From: an uncultured Desulfosarcina sp. | GTDB lineage: Bacteria > Desulfobacterota > Desulfobacteria > Desulfobacterales > Desulfosarcinaceae | Assembly (NCBI GenBank): GCA_963674945.2 | Contig: CAXXWQ010000004.1 | Location: 2,592,001-2,656,000 of the forward strand | DNA: 64,000 nt | Direction of reading: 5' to 3' | In this document: one piece after another, positions 57,139-64,000 of the stretch | How positions within the stretch are numbered: position 1 is the first letter of the stretch | Layout of the letters: every line of letters begins with the position of its first letter | Notes under the pieces: model-generated | Database searches by the model: none | Told to the model about the DNA's origin: nothing | What the model saw: only the letters and a program-made list of their open reading frames with translations | Made by a program: the position numbers and the translations under genes

Positions 57139-58392
57139 TTATTCGTATCTGCCGTATTTCTTGAGTGCGGCAACCCCGATTTCGACGTTTTCAAAACTCG
57201 TGAAGTATGTCGGTTTAAATGACGGACCGAACTTGGGTTTGTCTTTGTGGCGCATGATTTGCTGCTTTATCGCTTCCTCTATCTCAGATGGCGTGCCAAA
57301 CTCGATGGTGTGATCCTCGATGGTGAAGCTTAAATATAGTTCACGTTCATGACACCAATCCGCCAGTTTATCCAGGTCACAGGCGCCTTGCCCCCCGGTC
57401 CCGCCATTAAAGGTCGTCCCCACCGGTCCCTGCCCGCCGTGCTCGTACATTGTTTCAAAAAATTCCTGCGACTTGCCCATGAAGGCTAATCCCCAGCCCA
57501 TGTAGAGCTCTTTGCCCGCCTTGTCTTTTGAATATTGACAGATGGTTTCACCGACTCTTCGATAGTGATCGGCGATCCACAGGTTCTTTTCGTTTGTGCA
57601 CGGGAAACCGCCATCCTGGGCGCACATGGTGAGTGCGTCCACCTGCGCCTCGTCAACCAGGGCCTTGCCAAAGCCGCAAAGGAATTGCGTGCCGATTTCG
57701 GTGCATGCCTTGGCCAGTTCCGGGTTCTTGCGCAGGGCGATGCTGTACTCCGTCCAGCCCATCATGCCCATCATTGCCAACAGGGCCGGACTGGGACAAA
57801 TAGAAGGCCATACCACAATGGGCAGCTTGTATTTCTCCACAATCCGCCTGTACTCCCTGACGGCCCAGATGTAACCCGGATACAAACCGTCCTTCCTGGC
57901 ATCGGGTATCGGCATGCCCTCCAGATCTTCCAGGCACTTTATGGGAGGCTCGCCCTTGATGATCGGGTTGCCGTATTCAATCATCGCCGACAGTCCGCCC
58001 CACATGTCCTCGCCGTAATTCGTGTTGTGCATGCAGCTGTAATCGAGCTTGAACCGGGCCATCATCATCAGGTGCGCCTTTACATACTGCTTGGGGAACT
58101 GGTAGATGTCGATGGGCTTGTAGGCATCGGCTGCGGAATCCAGGACTTTCACCGCATATGGATTGTTGTGCGGTATCCCCATAAACATACGGTCCTTGTC
58201 CTCTCCCCACATGGCGGCATGCCACCGCTCGTACGGGGTCATGCCCCCCTCTTCCTCGATGTTCTTGTGGATCTTTTCACAAATACGTTCTATCTCCCGC
58301 GTCTCTTCGGGAGACCATTCGAAATCTAACTTCTCGAGCGGCGTGTTGTACCAATAAGGCGCATTTTCAAGCGGTTGTCTTCCTTTGAACAT
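57139..58392 (-). CDS. Uroporphyrinogen-decarboxylase-fold corrinoid-dependent methyltransferase
   Basis: MTPYERW, PPIKCLEDLEGMPIPDARKDGLYP, ALRKNPE, GTPSEIEEAIK, TSFENV; GGGAGG RBS; adjacent to the corrinoid gene. Confidence 0.8.
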   Translation of the reverse strand: MFKGRQPLENAPYWYNTPLEKLDFEWSPEETREIERICEKIHKNIEEEGGMTPYERWHAAMWGEDKDRMFMGIPHNNPYAVKVLDSAADAYKPIDIYQFPKQYVKAHLMMMARFKLDYSCMHNTNYGEDMWGGLSAMIEYGNPIIKGEPPIKCLEDLEGMPIPDARKDGLYPGYIWAVREYRRIVEKYKLPIVVWPSICPSPALLAMMGMMGWTEYSIALRKNPELAKACTEIGTQFLCGFGKALVDEAQVDALTMCAQDGGFPCTNEKNLWIADHYRRVGETICQYSKDKAGKELYMGWGLAFMGKSQEFFETMYEHGGQGPVGTTFNGGTGGQGACDLDKLADWCHERELYLSFTIEDHTIEFGTPSEIEEAIKQQIMRHKDKPKFGPSFKPTYFTSFENVEIGVAALKKYGRYE

Positions 58393-58827
58393 GATCTGTT
58401 ACCCTCCCTTTTGCGTTGAGAATTTACTTGCCCCACCTCACAATGAGTTCTATCATGCACGACAGATTTATTATTTTGACATGGACTCGGACGCCGGCAA
58501 TGAGCCTTTGTGCCGAGAATTAATCAGCTGTATCACCTGAACCGAATCACCGATTATCGAACAAAGATGGACAAAGCACCGCACCTTAAGAAGATGATCC
58601 AGTTCATGAAAATACCGAAACACAATCAGTAGACACCGGGCCGCAGCAGTCCAACCTGATGGAATGGGAGGTTACATGGACGATTTCTATTTACCAATAG
58701 TTATCGTAATTTGAGACGATTGAAGCCGAGGGCGGAAGCATGCGTGGCTTAGAAGAACCCAATGGCCGGGAAGTTCTGCGGATTACCCTTAGCGACTGAA
58801 GATCTTGAGGGTGATCGATTGCTTCTG

Positions 58828-58843
58828 CGCAACAGCTATGCCA
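58828..58843 (-). promoter_or_regulatory. Sigma54 (-24/-12) promoter facing the methyltransferase operon
   Basis: Minus strand TGGCAT-AGCTG-TTGCG, GG-N10-GC spacing. Confidence 0.65.
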
Positions 58844-58973
58844 AACCCATTCTCAAACGCTGCTTTCAAATCAACGAGAAGACACGCTTCATGTTGACTG
58901 CAATTTCATCTGCGTTGCAGCAAATCGATCACCCCCTTTCAAATGAAATATAGAACGCTACTTATCGTAATCG

Positions 58974-59009
58974 ACCAATTGATATTCTTCCTCAAGCATA
59001 TCAATTGGT
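58974..59009. promoter_or_regulatory. Perfect 12-bp inverted repeat with 12-bp spacer, candidate operator or enhancer
   Basis: ACCAATTGATAT-N12-ATATCAATTGGT, about 130-165 bp upstream of the sigma54 site. Confidence 0.55.
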
Positions 59010-59096
59010 TTAGATAGATGGATTCTAGTACGAAGATAAGAAGATATCTACTATATATTAAAGCCACTACTTGATGTCAATGAGAATCTAACCTTT

Positions 59097-59360
59097 ATGT
59101 GAAAATAAATACGGTATTTTCTATATTTTTATCCTGATATTATTGCATTAAATAAAATTTATATGAAAATAAGTGCGACGATTTCATAGAGATTTCCTCA
59201 TCAGCGCTGATTATTGTTACTGTACATGTGAAAATAATAAAGCTTATTTGCCCTAATTTATCTTGATATTATTAATAAAAAATTCATCAACACGAAAATA
59301 ATTATGGTTATATCTGTAAATCTTTTATCGTTTTCATAAAAATAATTATTGTGAAAATAA
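59097..59360. repeat. Phased (T/C)GAAAATAA direct repeats in an AT-rich intergenic region
   Basis: Motif at 59100, 59164, 59229, 59293 and 59352; TTTATCYTGATATTATT at 59128 and 59257. Confidence 0.6.
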
Positions 59361-59797
59361 TTTATACGATATCCGGAAATTCTTCACCATTACCAATGTG
59401 AATGATGAAATTTATCTAAAGTCGAAGTATTACTTTTTACTATTAATCACTTTAATAGTATCGCTGATATAATGATCGGCGATTGCCAAGAATGGGAGAT
59501 CGGCAACTGCGATTTTTGCCCATTGCATTTTTGTGTGACCAATAATTACTCATCAGTCGACAATTTTTTCTCGGCTTATAAAAAAGGGATGATTTATAAT
59601 GAAAAATATATTGCAGGTTGGCGATCATTCGCTGTAATCGCGTAACGGTATCGTGGAATAGCAATGCGATCAACCATTTGCTTTTTTGAATGCATGGCTG
59701 AAGTTTACCTGGTAGTTATGCTTCTTGGTGTCGGCATCCCTCCAAAAATAGTGTATCGAAATCTTTGACAAACTATCGTCAAAGTCGAAAAATCAGG

Positions 59798-60637
59798 CTA
59801 ATACTCCCTGGGCAACGCATCCAATTGCGCCTTGGTGAACACGGGGCCATCGTGGCACACATAATACGGCCCCACGTTGCAGCGACCGCAGATGCCGATG
59901 CCGCATTTCATCCGGTTTTCCAGGCTCATGATGATCTGGTCCCCCTGCCAACCGCATTTGTTCATGGCCGGCTGGGTAAACTTGATCATCACCGGGGGGC
60001 CGCAGATCAGGGCAACGGCATTATCCGGGCTGGGTGAAAGTTGTTCCACGATCTGGGGCACAAAGCCCACATGCTTGTCCCAGCCATCTACTTCCCTGTC
60101 TATGGTGATCGCCGTGGTTACGTCCGGACGCCGGTCCCATTCTTCCAGAGTATCCTTATACAGCAGCATGCCGGGGGTTCTGGCCCCGTACACAAAGGTG
60201 ATGTCGGCGTAATTGTCGCGGTTGGCCGGATCCAGCAGCCAGACCATGGTGGCACGCAGGGTGGTCACGGCATAGCCCCCGGCGATAATAACGATATTTT
60301 TCCCCGTCAGCGTCTTCAATGGATAAGGATTGCCCAAGGGCCCCCTCACGCCGATCTGGTCCCCTTCCTTCATGTGATGCAGTGCGGTGGTCACCACCCC
60401 GGCCAGGCTCACCGTAAACAAAAGCGTGTTTCCCTCGGTGGGGCTTGAGGCGATCCCGATGGGCGATTCCCCAACTCCCGAGACCGAGATTTCGGCGAAC
60501 TGCCCGGGCAGATAGGAAAAACGGGTCGCATCGTCAGGATTCAGAAACTCCAGTTCAAAAGTCCGCAACGTTTTGTCTTCGGTGGCGATCTCTATTCGTT
60601 TAATGATTACCGGATAAGGCAGATATGGATTTTTCAT
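59798..60637 (-). CDS. flxA: Flavin oxidoreductase FAD/NAD-binding subunit (FlxA/AsrB-like)
   Basis: PGQF, GESPIGIASSP, RGPLGN, YGARTP, CGPPVMIK, LENRMKCGIGICGRC [2Fe-2S] motif. Confidence 0.85.
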   Translation of the reverse strand: MKNPYLPYPVIIKRIEIATEDKTLRTFELEFLNPDDATRFSYLPGQFAEISVSGVGESPIGIASSPTEGNTLLFTVSLAGVVTTALHHMKEGDQIGVRGPLGNPYPLKTLTGKNIVIIAGGYAVTTLRATMVWLLDPANRDNYADITFVYGARTPGMLLYKDTLEEWDRRPDVTTAITIDREVDGWDKHVGFVPQIVEQLSPSPDNAVALICGPPVMIKFTQPAMNKCGWQGDQIIMSLENRMKCGIGICGRCNVGPYYVCHDGPVFTKAQLDALPREY

Positions 60638-60669
60638 AATGCTCCCACTCTTGTTGGCACCTGAATTTT

Positions 60670-60822
60670 TGACGGATTCGTAAAAAGTCCGATATCGGCG
60701 TTACGCTTCATCCTTCGTCACTGCGGCGTACGATCAGTACGCCTCATTTCTCAGGACTCGCAAGCCTTGATCTCGGGCTTTTTACGAATCCGTCCGAATA
60801 GCTACTTTTTACATGTTCATCA
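60670..60822 (-). mobile_element. About 153-bp MITE/REP-like element, family A, copy 3 (inverted)
   Basis: TGACGGATTCGTAAAAAGTCCGATATCGGCGTTACGCTTCATCC...CTTTTTACGAATCCGTC...CTTTTTACATGTTCATCA is the reverse complement of the copy 1 architecture. Confidence 0.85.
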
Positions 60823-60867
60823 ATTTCTGGAACATTCTTTTGTCGAACCGGCACAGGGCTCGCCCAT

Positions 60868-61908
60868 TCAGCAGCACGCCTGATTCATCTGATCGATTAC
60901 TTCCCTCACATCCAGATTGACCGGGCATCGTTGAACGCAGCGGCCGCATCCCACACATCCGGCGGCGCCGTCCAGCCTCATGGGCATGTATTTGAATTTG
61001 TGCATGAAGCGCTGTCTCACCCGGTCTTTTTTCGTCCCTCTGGGGTTGTGCCCCGACGTGTGCAGGGTAAACAACCGGCTCATGCAGGTGTCCCAATTCC
61101 TGATCCGGTGACCGTACTTGCCCTGGGTCTCATCCTGGATATCGAAGCAGTGGCAGACCGGGCAATAAAAGGTACAGGTCCCGCAATTAAGACAGGGTTC
61201 GTGAAGCTTGTCCCAGATTCCGGCGTCATACAGTGCCAAGAGGTCCTGGGAACCGATGTTGTCCAGGTTCGTCGACGCCTGAATGGATTCTTCGGCCCTC
61301 TGTTTCTGGTGTCCGGCCTGTTCCTGAAGCCGGGCCGGGGCCTCGGGAAAGTCGGAAAGCAAGGCCTCGCCATTGGGGGTCAGGCCCGAGAGCAATACCT
61401 CTTCGTCCAGGTCGGTCATGAGCACATCCAGGCCTTCCCGGTGATGGGGACCGCAATCCATGGAGGTACAAAAACAGGAAGGGTGCGGTTCCTTACATGC
61501 CAGCCCGATCAACAGGGTCTTTTCCCGTTTCTCCTGCCAATAGGGATCACAGGCGGATTCGGTCTTGCCGAATACCTTGTCCAGGATGCGAAAGGCCTTG
61601 GCGTCGCAAGGACGAATCCCCAAAAGGGCCTGTTTTTCGCCTCGTTCGGATTCCGCCTGCATGATACGTTCTTTGGTGTCCTCAAGATCGTTGGTAAAAT
61701 GCATCAGGCGTTCTGTCTGGGGGAAGAAGAACTTCTTTGGCGACATGTCCGTATTACCGAACGCCCAGCACAGGTCTTCGGCCCGGTCCAGCGTTTCCCA
61801 ACTTACGGATGTGCCCTGTTCGGCCGGTGCGTATAATCGATACTCAGGCCGCAACCTGTCCAAAAGCTGTCCGATTTCGCTTTTCTTCAGTATCTTGTCT
61901 GACATCAT
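60868..61908 (-). CDS. flxB: 4Fe-4S dicluster subunit (FlxB/AsrA-like)
   Basis: SPKKFFFPQTE, GIRPCD, CFCTS, CLNCGTCTFYCPVCHCF, RQRFMHK, CVGCGRCVQRCP. Confidence 0.85.
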   Translation of the reverse strand: MMSDKILKKSEIGQLLDRLRPEYRLYAPAEQGTSVSWETLDRAEDLCWAFGNTDMSPKKFFFPQTERLMHFTNDLEDTKERIMQAESERGEKQALLGIRPCDAKAFRILDKVFGKTESACDPYWQEKREKTLLIGLACKEPHPSCFCTSMDCGPHHREGLDVLMTDLDEEVLLSGLTPNGEALLSDFPEAPARLQEQAGHQKQRAEESIQASTNLDNIGSQDLLALYDAGIWDKLHEPCLNCGTCTFYCPVCHCFDIQDETQGKYGHRIRNWDTCMSRLFTLHTSGHNPRGTKKDRVRQRFMHKFKYMPMRLDGAAGCVGCGRCVQRCPVNLDVREVIDQMNQACC

Positions 61909-61953
61909 AAATCCTTTTGGTTAGCGGACGAAGGGTTGTCGGTTCGATATATC

Positions 61954-61993
61954 AGTGTCTATCCAGAAATAGGCCATTTATGAATAGGCACTA
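61954..61993. repeat. Short REP-like palindrome overlapping the flxC stop codon
   Basis: AGTGTCTATCCAGAAAT-AGGCC-ATTTATGAATAGGCACT, 14/17 inverted match; the minus strand begins TAGTGCC (TAG is the stop). Confidence 0.6.
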
Positions 61994-62935
61994 ATTGATC
62001 TCCGGGTCATCCTGTCTATAGTTACTGAGCGGGGGAACGGATTCCATGTCCAGACCCGGCGAGTAATCGTATTTTTCCCTGACGCTGGATTCCAGTTTGC
62101 TGGTCAGAAGCCGCATATTGATCCCGACCGGACAGGCAGACTCACAGGCCCCGCAGTCGACGCATCTGCCCGCACAGTGAAATGCCCTGAGAAGATGAAA
62201 GGTAAGGATATCCGTCTGCTGCTGTCCCTTGCCGCACCACTGGGGATTGTGCTCGTCAACGAAACAGACGTCGCAATAGCACAAGGGGCAGGAATTGCGG
62301 CAGGCATAGCAGCGGATACAATCCTGAAAGGTCTGATTGAAGCTGTCCCAGCGTTCATCGGGATTCAGCGCGTCCCAGGGGGCGGCCATCTCGTCGATAT
62401 CCCCGCCGCCGGTCTCCTCACCCTTTTCTCCGATGAATTCGTCATACAGCACCGCATTTCTGTGGGTGCAGGTGATGCAATTGTTTCTCCTGACCTCAGC
62501 AAAGGGAACACGCTCCGTGAAGCCACTCCCCTCAACCAAAATCTCGTCTCCTTCCAGGGTGACCCGGTGCAAAACCTTGCCTGGAAATCTTTCCTGAATC
62601 TTCTTCGCATCCACCATGCCCGGTGAGTGGACACCCAGGATATAAACGTCGTCCCGGTCGACCTGATTCTCCTTGATCAGCCCAACGATGCTCCGGCTGA
62701 CGCATCCTTGCGCGACGATAGCGTTTTTTCCCGGCCGGCCGATCAAAAAATTGGCCAGGTTCTGGGTGCAAAACACCGACCAGGTCAGTTGCCCGGCATC
62801 TTCCGGGGTATAGGCAAAAAACGGCTGTTCCTGCATGGGAACGGTTCCCTTCTTATACCCGATCACGCAGTCCACCCGGCCGCTTGAGAGGAGCGCTTCG
62901 GCGCGGGTTCTGATTTGTTCGATGATTTCTTTCAT
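61991..62935 (-). CDS. flxC: 4Fe-4S subunit (FlxC-like)
   Basis: VIGYKKG, CIRCYACRNSCPLCYC, HCAGRCVDCGACESACP; start at MKEIIE. Confidence 0.85.
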   Translation of the reverse strand: MKEIIEQIRTRAEALLSSGRVDCVIGYKKGTVPMQEQPFFAYTPEDAGQLTWSVFCTQNLANFLIGRPGKNAIVAQGCVSRSIVGLIKENQVDRDDVYILGVHSPGMVDAKKIQERFPGKVLHRVTLEGDEILVEGSGFTERVPFAEVRRNNCITCTHRNAVLYDEFIGEKGEETGGGDIDEMAAPWDALNPDERWDSFNQTFQDCIRCYACRNSCPLCYCDVCFVDEHNPQWCGKGQQQTDILTFHLLRAFHCAGRCVDCGACESACPVGINMRLLTSKLESSVREKYDYSPGLDMESVPPLSNYRQDDPEIN

Positions 62936-63366
62936 AAAATCTCTCCCTGAATATCCCTCACCAGTCGCCTTGCCGGGCCCAGGGCTTTGACAGCTTCCAC
63001 CACCTTGCGTGCGGTCTCTTGAAATTTTCCTGCCTCGGCGGCAGATATCCATGAAAAATGGAGTCTGCCCGGTTCAAGGCCGATGTATTCCACGAGGTCT
63101 TTGAACATGACGAACCGCCTCCTGGCATAAAGGTTACCGCTCAGATAATGGCAGTCTCCGGGATGACAGCCGGAGACCCAGACCCCGTCCATTCCGTGGC
63201 GAAAGGCCTGGAGGATATATTTCGGACTCATTCCCCCGGTGCAGGGAATCCGTATGACCTTGATCCCCGGGGAGTATTGCAGTCGTCCGACCCCCGCCAG
63301 ATCCGCGGCCCCGTAGCTGCACCAGTTGCATAAAAACGCCATCACTTTGGGTTCCCATTCCGACAT
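62932..63366 (-). CDS. flxD: MvhD-like [2Fe-2S] subunit (FlxD)
   Basis: FLCNWCSYGAADLAG, IRIPCTG, GCHPGDCHY..GN, WISAAE; AAAGGAG RBS. Confidence 0.92.
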   Translation of the reverse strand: MSEWEPKVMAFLCNWCSYGAADLAGVGRLQYSPGIKVIRIPCTGGMSPKYILQAFRHGMDGVWVSGCHPGDCHYLSGNLYARRRFVMFKDLVEYIGLEPGRLHFSWISAAEAGKFQETARKVVEAVKALGPARRLVRDIQGEIL

Positions 63367-63389
63367 ATCAATCTCCTTTGCGATCTGCC

Positions 63390-63533
63390 AGAGGCTGTTT
63401 GAAAAGTTTGGATAAGGTCCGATAACAAGGCGGAAAGTGGTTCGAAAGCGGAGCATATATGGTATATGTGAGCATTTTGAGACACTTTCCAACGCCGGTA
63501 GCGGGCCTTAAACGGGCTTTTCAAGCAGACTCT
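63390..63533. mobile_element. About 144-bp MITE-like element, family B, between hdrA and flxD
   Basis: Terminal inverted repeats AGAGGCTGTTTGAAAAG / CTTTTCAAGCAGACTCT (15/17); internal hairpin CATATATGGTATATG; non-coding. Confidence 0.65.
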
Positions 63534-64000
63534 CAGCTTGCTTCGATCATGGCATACACCTGATTCATATTCGTTCCGTTCAACAATATTGCCCCCGAAC
63601 GGCAAGAGGCCGCACAAAGCCCGCATCCTTTGCATAGGGACGCATTGATTTGGGCCTTGCCCGCGAAGGGGCCTTCTTCCACCAGAAAGGGCGCCGAGTA
63701 GGGGCAAATGGCTACGCAGGTCCCGCAACTGCTGCAAAAGGCCGGACTCACCTTGGCCACTTCCCCACTGGAGAAAATCTTCTCCTGGGCCAGCAGGGTA
63801 ATGGCTCTGGAGGCAGCGGCCTTGCCCTGGGCGATGGACTCGTCGATGCTCTTGGGATAATGGGCCATGCCGCACAAAAACATCCCGTCGATGGCGAACT
63901 GCGAAGGCCCCAGCTTGACATGCTGCTCGGCGAAAAATCCGTCTTCGGTCAGAGGCAGTTTATAAAAACCGGCCAGGGTCTCGTTCTCTTCGGGTACGAT
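63533..64000 (-). CDS. hdrA: Heterodisulfide reductase subunit A-like protein, C-terminal part (truncated by window edge)
   Basis: Frame open to the window end; DGFFAEQHVKLGP, GMFLCGMAHYPKSI, CSSCGTCVAICPY, CKGCGLCAASC. Confidence 0.9.
   Translation of the reverse strand: MVPEENETLAGFYKLPLTEDGFFAEQHVKLGPSQFAIDGMFLCGMAHYPKSIDESIAQGKAAASRAITLLAQEKIFSSGEVAKVSPAFCSSCGTCVAICPYSAPFLVEEGPFAGKAQINASLCKGCGLCAASCRSGAILLNGTNMNQVYAMIEAS

Noticed and set aside
58393..58820. Cobalamin riboswitch upstream of the corrinoid operon
   Set aside because: No GGGAA...ACTG...AGCCAG core found by eye; kept only as an unexplained long leader
59097..59360. Possible degenerate CRISPR array (period about 64 bp)
   Set aside because: The shared motif is only 9-12 bp and AT-rich, alternate 'spacers' resemble each other, and there are no cas genes in the window
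58762..59673. Small ORFs 58762-58953 (+) and 59452-59673 (-)
   Set aside because: No RBS or motifs and atypical composition; the first overlaps the sigma54 box
62932..63366. Selenocysteine in FlxD/MvhD, or pyrrolysine in the methyltransferase pair
   Set aside because: All redox positions are Cys codons, with no in-frame TGA or TAG inside the conserved domains
63438..63452. GGTTCGAA as a tRNA T-loop (also at about 5800 and 61942)
   Set aside because: No cloverleaf can be built; the sites lie inside a MITE-like element, a CDS or a short spacer

Overview
Chromosomal window from a sulfate-reducing deltaproteobacterium; Desulfosarcina/Desulfobacteraceae-like is my inference from gene content (flx-hdr, rubrerythrin, Mrp). 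Most of it is housekeeping and physiology: second rpsA, trxB, znuABC, purB, recD2, amrS, mrpABCDEFG, pyk, uvrA, tsaA, and the 3' part of an hdrA-flxDCBA cluster. I saw no rRNA, tRNA, CRISPR array or transposase. Most notable observations: (1) a soluble Ser/Thr kinase directly upstream of an 810-aa protein ending in a catalytically dead GGDEF domain with an intact RxxD c-di-GMP site; (2) a sigma54 promoter and c-di-GMP-I riboswitch in front of a secreted FN3/discoidin protein with a recent 477-bp-period duplication; (3) several families of small non-coding palindromic (MITE/REP-like) elements, four of which begin at or overlap a stop codon; (4) an effector-less NB-ARC/TPR (NLR-like) protein; (5) a variable region (about 53-59.8 kb) with gene fragments, a Cys-rich secreted peptide plus pentapeptide-repeat membrane protein, and a sigma54-controlled corrinoid/UroD-fold methyltransferase pair with a structured AT-rich upstream region. 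All calls come from reading motifs by eye. No database searches were run, and start codons that differ from the ORF track are my choices.
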